Of a stretch of DNA of 64,000 nt, positions 48,556-57,894 are shown piece after piece. The stretch is from a virus (taxonomy: Duplodnaviria > Caudoviricetes), in IMG/VR virus record IMGVR_UViG_3300021387_000075; one strand, written 5' to 3'. The position numbers and the translations under genes were made by a program. The first letter of the stretch is position 1. The number at the start of each line of letters is the position of its first letter. The notes beneath the pieces were generated by a model, which did not search any database, was not told the origin of the DNA, and saw nothing but the letters and a program-made list of their open reading frames with translations.

Positions 48556-48906
48556 TTATCCAATTATAACAGTATAGCCGCCAGCATCATTGCTGGTTTC
48601 GGCGTACGGGATTTTACTAATGGTAATATCATCAAGGAGAAGAGCGTTTGAAGTTCGTAATATCTAATCTAAATGTGCCATAGGCGTTACTTCATACTGG
48701 CCGTTGTAGCGTACTATATTACTCATCTGAGTCATAAAGGTACCAACTGCGGATTTGAAGTCTTCAAAAGAATCAGAATAACCAGTCTTTCGCGCCTATT
48801 CGTATAGTTGTAAGAATGTTAGGTTTAGATATGTTGAATCCCACGGATAAATAGAAGGCTGAATATTAGCTGGCACTGGCTATTGCGGCAACATATAACG
48901 ATTCAT
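48556..48906 (-). CDS. hypothetical structural protein (TAG recoded)
   Basis: C-terminal KIPYAETSNDAGGYTVIIG resembles the neighbouring gene. Confidence 0.65.
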
Positions 48907-48966
48907 TTTTTCATCTCCTTTTGATACATAATTCCCATATAATATGTTATAAGATGACAAAAGAAG

Positions 48967-49227
48967 TTAATTATTTTTTCCGGGTGGATTAAAATAAGTT
49001 GAACTTTCTATTAAATTACCGCATTTATTACAAACATAAATGTAGTGAGTGGAGTAGCGATGACCTACTGTTTCCTTGAATTGGTAAGTTCCGCCGCAAT
49101 AGGGACAGATGCCGTTGTTGTATGCGGTCGAAGAGCTACATCCTTGTATTAGAGATAAGAGGAGGAGAACTCCTACTAAAATAAGAATTGTAATTAAAGA
49201 ACCGGATGAATCTCGATTGTTATACAT
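48967..49227 (-). CDS. membrane-anchored zinc-ribbon protein
   Basis: Transmembrane helix then CPYC..CNKC. Confidence 0.65.
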   Translation of the reverse strand: MYNNRDSSGSLITILILVGVLLLLSLIQGCSSSTAYNNGICPYCGGTYQFKETVGHRYSTHYIYVCNKCGNLIESSTYFNPPGKNN

Positions 49228-49315
49228 TTAATACTCCTTGCGCCGACCCTGAGCGTAGCGAGGGGCCGCGGCGCCTTATTTTGTTTTTTATTATATTGTT
49301 ATTATATGTTATGTG

Positions 49316-49456
49316 TACGGTCAACGATAATTTTTATACGTTCAACGTACACCTTTTTTAATCATTTGGCATACGTTCACCGTACAGGTGTACGTTCAAC
49401 GTATACTTTAAACGCTACAAAAATATGTACGTTCACCGTACTGTACGTTCAACGTA
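49316..49456. repeat. six copies of a quasi-palindromic 13-mer TACGTTCA(A/C)CGTA (iteron-like)
   Basis: Copies at about 49316 (degenerate), 49337, 49372, 49391, 49428 and 49444, next to an AT-rich tract. Confidence 0.8.
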
Positions 49457-49460
49457 CAGG

Positions 49461-49808
49461 TTATTCCATTATTTTTTTATAATTAATTTGAATTTTTTCA
49501 TTTGGAATATATGTAATATATCCTTTTTCATTTAAGGCTTTTCGCGCTTCATTGTAGCGAGCGTGTGGCATTGCACAATACTTGCATATAGTTTCTTCTG
49601 CTGGTCTGAAAGTGCCATTTTGCTGTTGAAAAATTAGATAGAATAATAAAGTACGTTGATTCCCGGCCTTCCCTTCTATCTTTTCGTTAATTTTTTGAAA
49701 TAATTCTGGATATATAATCCATATTTGTTTACCCGTATTATAGGCTTCTTTATCTATATCGCTTGTTAAGGCGAGCGCCTTAGCATTATTTGTTGTCATA
49801 TTTATCAA
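49461..49808 (-). CDS. winged-helix DNA-binding protein, possibly replication initiator-like
   Basis: FRPAEETICKYC..YNEARKALNEKGYI pattern; iteron-like repeats directly downstream. Confidence 0.6.
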   Translation of the reverse strand: MINMTTNNAKALALTSDIDKEAYNTGKQIWIIYPELFQKINEKIEGKAGNQRTLLFYLIFQQQNGTFRPAEETICKYCAMPHARYNEARKALNEKGYITYIPNEKIQINYKKIME

Positions 49809-49838
49809 CTCCGTGTCAATTAGTGTAATAGTGTAAGA

Positions 49839-50003
49839 TTATTTAGTGAGTTCCGCTACGGCTTGTCGTAACTCAGGTGTTTCTTCAAAATAATATACTA
49901 TTAGATGAGTATATTTTTTATTTGGCGCCATTTTAATTACATTAAAACCACGCTTTTCAAGTTCACGAACAACCCGCCGCGAGAAAACAGGATATAGTGT
50001 CAT
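49839..50003 (-). CDS. small hypothetical protein (54 aa)
   Basis: VFSRRVVRELEKRGF..PNKK..VYYFEETPEL; GGAG RBS. Confidence 0.65.
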   Translation of the reverse strand: MTLYPVFSRRVVRELEKRGFNVIKMAPNKKYTHLIVYYFEETPELRQAVAELTK

Positions 50004-50008
50004 TAGAT

Positions 50009-50209
50009 TCACTCCCTAGTAATTGAATTTATTGTATCAGTAAAATGTTTTAATCCATCTTTAATTCCTAATGCCTTTGTACCGTTGGGAAGACTGCGTC
50101 CAATCACATAATTTTGAATACTGGTTGGAGTACAATGGCATTCGCGCGCGAGGACTGTCATCGGAATACCAAACTCAACCAGTTGTTTTAATTTTAGGAT
50201 ATCATCCAT
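50009..50209 (-). CDS. helix-turn-helix protein
   Basis: GIPMTVLARECHCTPTSIQNYV; GGAGG RBS. Confidence 0.65.
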   Translation of the reverse strand: MDDILKLKQLVEFGIPMTVLARECHCTPTSIQNYVIGRSLPNGTKALGIKDGLKHFTDTINSITRE

Positions 50210-50333
50210 TCTCCTCACCTCCAATATAATAGTGTTAATCCTAAAATAAAATTATAATAATTTCTTCTTTCCTTAAATAAAATTATTATAAAATAAAATA
50301 AAAGGATAGACTTCTTCCGTCTATCCCATTATA

Positions 50334-50708
50334 TCATAAATTTATTTCTTTGTCAATTTTTAACTTATATAAACTCGAATCACGCGGGTCGGCGCAGGGA
50401 TGTAAGGACATCTCAAAGGCAATTTGTGGTTCTGGTATAGTAAACATCTTATAATTACCCCAACCGCCATAGACATCAGTATTGTTTTGCTCCATAGTAA
50501 TAGAGTTTAACTCTGGGTTCGCCCACATACTTATCATTGCCTTTTGTCCGCCAGTAATGGATGTGGGCAAATTAAGTAAAAACATAGTTGGTTCTTGCGC
50601 GTCAAAATCAAGCATAGTCAAATCGACTACGCGAGTGCCACAAAATTCACACTTTCCGCCAAACTGAGGCAGGGCCGCGCCACAGTTAGGACAATTTGTT
50701 TTATTCAT
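50334..50708 (-). CDS. zinc-ribbon hypothetical protein
   Basis: CPNCGA..CEFCG. Confidence 0.7.
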   Translation of the reverse strand: MNKTNCPNCGAALPQFGGKCEFCGTRVVDLTMLDFDAQEPTMFLLNLPTSITGGQKAMISMWANPELNSITMEQNNTDVYGGWGNYKMFTIPEPQIAFEMSLHPCADPRDSSLYKLKIDKEINL

Positions 50709-50949
50709 CTATTCTTTCATATGTTTCCTCAAATATATCGCCGCGGCAAGGGTAGTATTCGCCCTTAACACCGCGCACAATAAAGTTCCCGGGGACTGCG
50801 CGCATTTTACCTTCTAACGTATCAATTTCAAGATAGCATGAACGTGGTATGTAATGCGCCTTTCCTTCGCAAAATGCAATTACTTCTTCTGTATTATCTC
50901 CGAGCCATTGAATGGCTTCGATTTCTACTGGCTTCTTTCTATACTTCAT
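50701..50949 (-). CDS. conserved phage protein (YRKKPVEIEAIQW family)
   Basis: TLEG..G..I.GVKGE.YPC..DIFEETYE. Confidence 0.8.
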   Translation of the reverse strand: MKYRKKPVEIEAIQWLGDNTEEVIAFCEGKAHYIPRSCYLEIDTLEGKMRAVPGNFIVRGVKGEYYPCRGDIFEETYERIDE

Positions 50950-51106
50950 TTCCCTTGCATTCTCCATGACCTAATTGCGTTCGAGGCATCATGACCCATA
51001 TCTTTTAGAAAAAGCATAAGCCATAGGCATAGACTAATACTACTAAGACTACCTGCAATTAAGTGTAATACATGAATAGCTTCTTTCATTAGTTCTTCCA
51101 TATTTC

Positions 51107-51532
51107 TTATCTCCATTGAGACTGCGCTCTTAGATGCATTGCTTCCATTACATCATCAACAAACTTATCGTGGACATTATATGCTGACAGCGCATTAGAT
51201 ACAAGACGCTCGGCCATTGACTTAATGATAGCTTCTTCGCCAATACGCCTGGCCTCTGCAACCATTTCGCGCGCACGCTGCTCCAATTTTTCCTTATTCT
51301 CTGGCTCAGCAAGTATCTTTTTAATTTCCTCGTGAAGCTCATTCAGAAACTCTTTCTTAATATATTCTTCAAGGTCACTATCAGTAGTTTTATTCCAACC
51401 ATGATTAGTAGCAGTTAGTTCGCGCCAAACCTTCTGCGCTTTGGCTTCCATTTCTTCCTGCGAAACAGAAGCGGCAAATAATTTCGCCATTTCTTGTCCG
51501 AATACCTTATTGATTTCAGCGTTAAGTTCCAT
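51107..51532 (-). CDS. hypothetical protein
   Basis: 141 aa helical ORF with AGGAG RBS. Confidence 0.7.
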   Translation of the reverse strand: MELNAEINKVFGQEMAKLFAASVSQEEMEAKAQKVWRELTATNHGWNKTTDSDLEEYIKKEFLNELHEEIKKILAEPENKEKLEQRAREMVAEARRIGEEAIIKSMAERLVSNALSAYNVHDKFVDDVMEAMHLRAQSQWR

Positions 51533-51543
51533 ACTTATCTCCT

Positions 51544-51924
51544 TTACTTAATATCCGCAATAGTTTCTACATAGCAATTGTAGTAAATATAGCGCTTGCC
51601 GTTCCAGTCAAATTTAATATAGCCCTGGTCCTGCTCGATATCAATCTTACCTTCGTACTGTTTCAGGATAGTACCATCAGCCGTGTAAATAGTAATTACA
51701 CGGTCCAATCCATTTTGTAATTCCGCTCGTTCATCAGTACGCGCGCGAATACCACTCGCCGTGTTATTGTAATACCAGAATCCAACGCCAAATACAAGCG
51801 TAATTGCTACAATAATTGCGATTATTGACACAGCATACTTTTCTGTCATACAATATAGGAATACACCGCCACCAATAGCCAGCAAACTAATAAAAATACA
51901 TCCAATCCATCCACTAATAGGCAT
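51544..51924 (-). CDS. membrane protein
   Basis: Two transmembrane helices then R.ITIYTADG..YEGKIDI. Confidence 0.7.
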   Translation of the reverse strand: MPISGWIGCIFISLLAIGGGVFLYCMTEKYAVSIIAIIVAITLVFGVGFWYYNNTASGIRARTDERAELQNGLDRVITIYTADGTILKQYEGKIDIEQDQGYIKFDWNGKRYIYYNCYVETIADIK

Positions 51925-51928
51925 TTTC

Positions 51929-52159
51929 TTATTCTCCTTTTACACAATGTATAATAATATGATATTCATCGTCCTTATCCAAAATAGATATGGGGACTTC
52001 CGCAATCTTATACCCTTCTCGTAAGGGTATATGAATAGTATCAAAGCTCCAAGTGTTCTTTATAATATCAACTCTCGGCACTTTACTAAAATCGCCATCG
52101 CATCCTACGAGCACTAGCATTATAATTACAAGTAATCCAATAAGCGCGACCTTATTCAT
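51929..52159 (-). CDS. putative lipoprotein
   Basis: Signal peptide ending LVGC. Confidence 0.55.
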   Translation of the reverse strand: MNKVALIGLLVIIMLVLVGCDGDFSKVPRVDIIKNTWSFDTIHIPLREGYKIAEVPISILDKDDEYHIIIHCVKGE

Positions 52160-52388
52160 CCGCATGATGCTGCCTCCATCGCGCGAGAGCGATATCCCGA
52201 GAGGGACTTTCGTATCCTTCATAGCCGCAATCATCACAGGAAACCCACCAGTCACCGTGTTCCTTATCATTAGGCAGGTAAGAGTGATGAATTGTATAGA
52301 AGGGACTGCCGCAATTCACACAGCACCACTTATGCCGATGGGCCTTTGCACTTTCCAACTCTTCCATCATTGTAATCTTCATATCCAT
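52152..52388 (-). CDS. zinc-finger (Lar-like) protein
   Basis: CVNCG..WVSCDDCG..A..RW. Confidence 0.55.
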   Translation of the reverse strand: MDMKITMMEELESAKAHRHKWCCVNCGSPFYTIHHSYLPNDKEHGDWWVSCDDCGYEGYESPSRDIALARWRQHHADE

Positions 52389-52711
52389 TACCTCGCAATT
52401 AGTTTATAAATATCGCCTTCGTGGGATATGTACTTCCAGTTCTCTACTATATCCTGATACGATACACTATCAGGTACGCGCGCAAGCGTATACGTAATTG
52501 AGCTTTGGCCTATAAAAATAACTCCTGTAATTAAAAGTACAGTTAGTATAAACAATACAATGCCATAAAATAGCATCAGATATTCGTGGTCGGTATAGAA
52601 GTCGATGAAGCAGAAGATAGACCCACCAAAACTTAAAATCATAAATATCCCGCACATAACCAAAATACCGGGGTCATAATCAGGAACCACGTATTCGCAT
52701 AATATCTCCAT
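52388..52711 (-). CDS. membrane protein
   Basis: Two hydrophobic segments; coupled start/stop. Confidence 0.65.
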   Translation of the reverse strand: MEILCEYVVPDYDPGILVMCGIFMILSFGGSIFCFIDFYTDHEYLMLFYGIVLFILTVLLITGVIFIGQSSITYTLARVPDSVSYQDIVENWKYISHEGDIYKLIAR

Positions 52712-52713
52712 CC

Positions 52714-52923
52714 TTAATCCTCCAATCCAGAATGAGATTTAACCTCATCTTCCCATACATCCATATAATACTTATCCATCATACGTTCCCAGTTAGCCCA
52801 GCTGTAACCGCAGAACTCGCAGTACGAACTCTGACTCAAATCCTCTACGCGCATCCTACAATGGCCGCAATATAACTTCCCATTCTTTTCTTTAAGAGTC
52901 GTAACCATTCCAAACATCTCCAT
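52714..52923 (-). CDS. zinc-ribbon hypothetical protein
   Basis: CGHC..CEFCG. Confidence 0.6.
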   Translation of the reverse strand: MEMFGMVTTLKEKNGKLYCGHCRMRVEDLSQSSYCEFCGYSWANWERMMDKYYMDVWEDEVKSHSGLED

Positions 52924-53110
52924 ATCGTTCTTGATAGTTAAAATTATAGCCGCAATTCAGACACTCACATACGTGCGTGGTGATATTGCCGTCTGGATTT
53001 ACATTAACTCCATCTTTCCACATAGGCGGATAATACATAGCGGTTCTCGTACTGTACTTATCAATATACCACGACTCGCCGCATTTAGGACATTCAATCC
53101 TCTTCATCAT
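52892..53110 (-). CDS. zinc-ribbon hypothetical protein
   Basis: CPKCG..CLNCG. Confidence 0.65.
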   Translation of the reverse strand: MMKRIECPKCGESWYIDKYSTRTAMYYPPMWKDGVNVNPDGNITTHVCECLNCGYNFNYQERYGDVWNGYDS

Positions 53111-53417
53111 CCAAATACTCACGCTCCTTTTCGCGCGCAAACTTACAAATCATGTCCATTGCCTTCTCCGATGGATGGGATTCGGGAAAGCGCAATCCAA
53201 CACTCACCAAGTCAAACTCCTTCTCTTCCGGATTCCAAATTAAGTTTGCAACAGAGTAGCAATATTCCGTAATCCACTTCATCTGACCGCCGCGAGTTGT
53301 AACAAGTGTAGGCTCGCACGTATCCCATTTTACGACATCAAAGCGTCGTTCCCGCTTCTTTTCATATCCGGGAAAATAGGTAATGTTTCGTACTTCAAAG
53401 CCATCGGTTCTACTCAT
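53094..53417 (-). CDS. hypothetical protein
   Basis: 107 aa with AGGAG RBS and upstream promoter. Confidence 0.7.
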   Translation of the reverse strand: MSRTDGFEVRNITYFPGYEKKRERRFDVVKWDTCEPTLVTTRGGQMKWITEYCYSVANLIWNPEEKEFDLVSVGLRFPESHPSEKAMDMICKFAREKEREYLDDEED

Positions 53418-53520
53418 ATTTAAGTCTCCTTTCCTTTTCCTACCTATATTATACCCTAGTTTCAGGAAATTGTCAAACCTTTATATCCCTATCCCAATAC
53501 TTCTTAAAATGAAATAAAAT

Positions 53521-54024
53521 TCAATCCCATAGGTCATACCAGTGGCAGGCTAGTATTGGGAATAGGTAGTCCCTTAGTTCCTCGAGAAACTCATATTCAA
53601 ATTGAAATTGAAATTCGGCAATATCCTGCGCTCCACTTACTAAGTCGCGTACTTCATCGTATTTAGAAAGCGGCATTTCCAATATCTTTTTGCGCGCATC
53701 CTTAATTTCCTCATCCATAAAGGAGTCAATTTGAAGTACTTCATATAGGTCCGCGAATACTCGAAGCCATTCTTCCCAACTCTCAGCTGTTGGGAACTCA
53801 TCGCAACCTGGGTATCCCATACTTCTCTTACTAAGTTCGCGCATCATATTAGGAATCAGTTGGTCTAGATACACATCCATATTCCACAAATCAACCCAAG
53901 CCCATCCGTATCTCATACGATGCCAGGCGTTTTTCAGCCCAATATGCAAGTCCTTAAACCATTTCCACGGATGCGTCAAATAATATGTCTTACGATACGA
54001 AAAAAAGTATAACGGAATCTTCAT
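53521..54024 (-). CDS. conserved hypothetical phage protein
   Basis: Trp-rich; D.WN.D.YL and C-terminal LWD. Confidence 0.75.
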   Translation of the reverse strand: MKIPLYFFSYRKTYYLTHPWKWFKDLHIGLKNAWHRMRYGWAWVDLWNMDVYLDQLIPNMMRELSKRSMGYPGCDEFPTAESWEEWLRVFADLYEVLQIDSFMDEEIKDARKKILEMPLSKYDEVRDLVSGAQDIAEFQFQFEYEFLEELRDYLFPILACHWYDLWD

Positions 54025-54239
54025 TTCTTATCCTCCTATACGATACTTAGAATTTCCTGCGCCAATTCGCGCAATCCTCGTTCCATTAGTTGTCGCCGCT
54101 CTTCACTAATCCCACTTCCCTTCTTCATAAACGCATTCAATTGCGGCTAAGTAACACCGCAATAAACTGCTAACGTGCGTTGCGGGATATTCGGCCCATC
54201 ATTATCATTTAGTTCCCTTAATTTTTCCTATAATGTCAT
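54021..54239 (-). CDS. helix-turn-helix regulator (TAG recoded)
   Basis: MTL*EKLREL..IPQRTLAVYCGVT*PQLNAF; GAGG RBS; three in-frame TAG. Confidence 0.6.
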
Positions 54240-54554
54240 ACTATCACCTCGATAATTATGGGATGAATAACTCACTCAGTTTATTGTAATTTATACGCAC
54301 ATCCTACTACGAAATAAAAGAAAGAGAAAAGATGGAAGTAACCTACTCTGGTATAGTACGGGATGGCGTATACGAGAGCTCGACAAGCTCTGGCTAACAT
54401 TTATGTCGGATACGGGCGAATAGGGATGTGTGCCGAAATTCAGTGAAAGTCAAGTATTTTCGGTATTTTCAAAGTTTTTCTCCATCTTTTGTAATAATTA
54501 TACCATAAAATTTTAAAAATGTCAAATATTTGACAACTAGTAAAATTGGTAAGG

Positions 54555-54710
54555 CGTGCCCTTCGGGCACGTAAATTATAAATTAACTTCCGTTCGGGCC
54601 TTCGGCCCTCACTCCAGTTAATTTATAATTTATATATAAATTAAATTATAATAAAAAAAGTGAGTTTTTTTTTTACTACCTTATAGGGGGGGGGGGAGGT
54701 AGTAAAAAAT
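54555..54710. repeat. cluster of long inverted repeats in an AT-rich intergenic region
   Basis: GTGCCC-TTC-GGGCAC; AAATTATAAATTAACT..AGTTAATTTATAATTT; TTTTTTACTACC..GGTAGTAAAAAA around a G-run. Confidence 0.7.
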
Positions 54711-54840
54711 CGTCTCAAAAAATTTACTACAAAAAATTTCTAGTATTTTGGGGAAATTACAACAATTATTTTTTCATAAAATCAAACTCTTGATTTAAAA
54801 TGAAATTCGTGTTATAATAAAGAAAAATGGGGGTATAGTT

Positions 54841-56187
54841 ATGGGCGTACCTAGTATTACTACTGTATCAGACCTATATTCCGAAGGGAAATTGAAATTC
54901 CAGAAGGGTCTGTTTAATATAATAAACTGCGGCGTTCGTACTGGTAAAACATATTGGGCCGCGCATCATTTAGTGGATTACACCAGAGATGGCTTATACA
55001 ATAGAATTTTAATTTTGACAGACACAACCGCGCTGAAAGATTAGATTATTTAGGACTACGAAGAGTGCTGTAATGCAGATATTTTTTGGCGGCCGGGCGC
55101 AACCTGGGGTGAGGCCCCAAACCAAATAGGTATTATGTGCTACCAGAAATTCGTTTATATGCTGCTAGAAGATTCCAGCTTCTTAGACGACTTAGATGTC
55201 ATATGTTGGGACGAATGTGATGCTATATTTAACTTCGCGTCCTCAGCTTTTACGCGCGCCCGCAAGACGGACTTCGCGCGCAAGGATATGTCTAACAGTG
55301 AGGTACTGGCGCACATACAAGCAGCTTCTACCAAGCCAGAGTATATGCCACTGGTCCTGTTAGGACTATGGGAGAAGATTATTCAGCATCAGGACATTTA
55401 CTGTATTGGGCTTTCAGCTACGCCCGAGCGCGCCATTGCTTACTACAATGTGCTTACAGGCGCGAGCTACAAAGGAAAGATTGATGCGGGATACAGGTTT
55501 AAAGATGACATTTATTTCACTAATGTATTGGAGCATATAAAGACATTGGAGCCCGAGCAAGGGCACGGGTACTGGTGTTTCTCTCCATACATAGAACCCA
55601 ACAAGGGCATAGTTGCAGCTGCTGAGCGCCAAGGTTTTAAGGCGATAGAGATTCACTCTCTTAGCAATACAGACAAGCCTATGAATGCCGAGCAGCGGCG
55701 TGTCTATGATAGCATTATCCATACCCATATCATTCCACCGCCTTACGATTTCGTGGTAGTGAATAATGCGTTAAAGACAGGAATTACAATAGAGGATACG
55801 CGCTTCGATCATCTCATTGTTAATTCCTTCCGTCCCGAAGACAAGGAACAAGCAGCTCGTATGACCTTTCCCTATTAGCGGCATCAGCGTGTATGGTTGC
55901 CGCAAATCCCAGAAGAATACAGGGATACGTGGCTTACAGTACAGCAATGTAGGGAGCTTGCGGAGCAGCTTGCTGTGTCCGACCTGGATAGGGCGCATAA
56001 GAATAGCGCGAAAATACTAACGTGGAACAGCTTAAAGGACGTATTGCCGCTGGCGGGCTACACAGTGGAATGCTCGCGCAAACGCCTTAATGGCAAACAG
56101 ATGCAGTGCTATAAAATTAGCGGAGAATGGCACGACATTGATATGGTGGATCAGGAATTTGAGGAGCTTTTAGAAGCACATAAATAA
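54841..56187 (+). CDS. superfamily 2 helicase-like protein (TAG recoded, 448 aa)
   Basis: GVRTGKT Walker A, WDECD Walker B, SAT motif III; three listed ORFs in one frame joined across three TAGs. Confidence 0.85.
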
Positions 56188-56219
56188 AAAGGGCAGCTTA
56201 CGCTGCCCTTTATTTTTTT
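56187..56219. terminator. bidirectional intrinsic terminator
   Basis: AAAAGGGCAGC-TTAC-GCTGCCCTTTT between convergent genes. Confidence 0.75.
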
Positions 56220-56430
56220 AACACTCCACAGTCAAATCATCGTTAATAGTGACGGGGCCACCGAAGACATCTTCCAGGTCAATCAGACGGTACGGCGTGA
56301 TGTCAAAGCATTCGGGCCGCCTCATTCCAGCTCGCGCCAGCGCCGCAGCTTCCCAGCTCGCATACAGCTGACCCTCATATACCAGCTCGCACTCCTCAGA
56401 ATTTACAAAGTCCAGCGCATAATACATCAT
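56218..56430 (-). CDS. hypothetical protein
   Basis: 70 aa with its own promoter at 56466-56494. Confidence 0.65.
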   Translation of the reverse strand: MMYYALDFVNSEECELVYEGQLYASWEAAALARAGMRRPECFDITPYRLIDLEDVFGGPVTINDDLTVEC

Positions 56431-56465
56431 TTCCAGCTTACCCCTTTCTCTCTCTTTCTGTAAAA

Positions 56466-56522
56466 ATTATACCCTAAATTTGAGAAAAAGTCAAATATGT
56501 ATACTGTATACAACGGGCCGGC
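56466..56522 (-). promoter_or_regulatory. SigA-type promoter, TACTGTATACA operator-like box and GCCGGC junction
   Basis: TTGACT (56494-56489), 17 nt, TATAAT (56471-56466); box 56502-56512; GCCGGC 56517-56522. Confidence 0.75.
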
Positions 56523-56568
56523 TTAAAAATAAGAAAGGAGCCCACTTGCGTGGGCTCCTTGTAATTAC

Positions 56569-57057
56569 TTACGCCTTCGTGTAATAGGTTTTCTTGTCGT
56601 TTTCCTTAACGGAGGGAACTAGCACGCCCTTCTCCACTAGACGCTTCGCGGCGGAACCGACCTGCATTACGAGTACGTTATCAGCAACGGACTTGCCTAG
56701 CGCATTGCGAATGTCGGTAGCGGTGTACTCAGCGAAAGCGGGTAGAGCGGCAATCTTAGCATCTAGCTCATCACGGCGAGCCTGAGCTTCGGGATTGGGG
56801 CCCTTAGGAGCCTTTGGACGAGCAGCGCGCTCGGCAGCTTTCAGAGCAGACTCAGCTTCCCAGGCCTTATACTCAGCGACAGCAGCTTCCATATTGAAAG
56901 CAGCGTGGTTCTTGGTGTCCTTGGCTAGTGCGACCTGCACAGAAACCTTAGCGACACCGTCTTCACAGGGGACGACGATAAAGTTAGTCTTGTTGGCGCG
57001 GGCATTCTGAGCGCCTTCGATACCGGTTAGGATGGTTTTCAGTTCATTAATAGTCAT
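56569..57057 (-). CDS. hypothetical protein with possible C-terminal winged helix
   Basis: 162 aa; AGGAG RBS; terminator at about 56535-56560. Confidence 0.75.
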   Translation of the reverse strand: MTINELKTILTGIEGAQNARANKTNFIVVPCEDGVAKVSVQVALAKDTKNHAAFNMEAAVAEYKAWEAESALKAAERAARPKAPKGPNPEAQARRDELDAKIAALPAFAEYTATDIRNALGKSVADNVLVMQVGSAAKRLVEKGVLVPSVKENDKKTYYTKA

Positions 57058-57165
57058 TTTTTACTCCTTTTTACTCTTGGGTTTAGTTACGGCAGACCCA
57101 CCTGCACAAATTTTTTATTTCGTTCTCTTGGAACACTTATATTATATCAGAAATTTGCGGAAAAG

Positions 57166-57336
57166 TCAAATGTTTGGTTCGAGAAAACTTGGAATCCAGT
57201 AGTAAATTTTTCCAGCATTTGCAGCTTCGAGGTCTAGGCACATTTGTTCAGCTTGCGCCAAACTTAAAGTTACACATTCAATTCCAGTTTCTGGGGAATC
57301 TTCCAGCTCCCAGACGATAACATAACATCGTTCCAT
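57166..57336 (-). CDS. small hypothetical protein (56 aa)
   Basis: AGGAG RBS and a consensus promoter at about 57365-57393. Confidence 0.55.
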   Translation of the reverse strand: MERCYVIVWELEDSPETGIECVTLSLAQAEQMCLDLEAANAGKIYYWIPSFLEPNI

Positions 57337-57552
57337 TTTCCAGCTCCTTTCTCTTTACACTATAATTATACACGAAATTTGCGCGAAAGTCAAATACTTG
57401 ATAAATGTTTTTTGGATACAATCCGCAGCTTTCCAAATTTTGCCTCGAATTTTCACGCCGACGGAAATTCAGCTTGCGGCGGGTCCTTATGTTCCAATAT
57501 GTGGGCCGAATATCGCAGCTCGCCGCAGGCCGAAAATCGGTGGAATCGATTT

Positions 57553-57654
57553 TTCCAGCTTCCAGCTCGTATAGAGTTTCCAGCTTCCAGCTGCTCCGTT
57601 GATTTCTCGGGGCAACTTCCAGCTTCCAGCTTCTTCCAGCTTCCAGCTTGCAGC
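57553..57654 (+). repeat. TTCCAGC heptamer repeat cluster
   Basis: Eight exact copies plus one TTGCAGC in about 100 bp, all on the same strand. Confidence 0.85.
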
Positions 57655-57725
57655 TTATTATACTAGGGGCCCACGTAAGTGGCCTGGCGCCTTATGGGAT
57701 AAGGCTCGGGCGCAGACTCGGTGCC

Positions 57726-57786
57726 GTAACACTTGTGTAACAGGGTCGTAACACTTCTGTAACAATTTCGTAACAAAAATTTAACA
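57726..57786 (+). repeat. six (G/T)TAACA hexamers at exact 11-bp spacing
   Basis: Starts at 57726, 57737, 57748, 57759, 57770 and 57781. Confidence 0.9.
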
Positions 57787-57797
57787 ATTGCGAGGGC

Positions 57798-57826
57798 TTG
57801 ACTTGCGCTCGGCGGTGTGATAGAAT
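57798..57826 (+). promoter_or_regulatory. SigA-type promoter with extended -10, facing into the cassette array
   Basis: TTGACT, 17 nt, TG-N-TAGAAT. Confidence 0.7.
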
Positions 57827-57894
57827 ATAATGGGGGAGAAGAGGGGTTGGACGGGCCGGCTAAAAATTGGCCGGCTAGTCGGGCCGGCCCGAGG

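Noticed and set aside
3362-48906. Apparent mass pseudogenisation of structural genes
   Set aside because: Breaks are in-frame TAG only, often at conserved Gln positions, and a CUA tRNA is present; recoding explains them.
56498-56512. LexA SOS box
   Set aside because: TACTGTATA resembles one half of the E. coli box, but the CTGT-N8-ACAG palindrome is absent, and Bacillota LexA uses GAAC-N4-GTTC.
57726-57786. CRISPR array
   Set aside because: Repeats are 6 bp with 5-bp spacers, far too short, and there are no cas genes. The 49316-49456 repeats also lack regular unique spacers.
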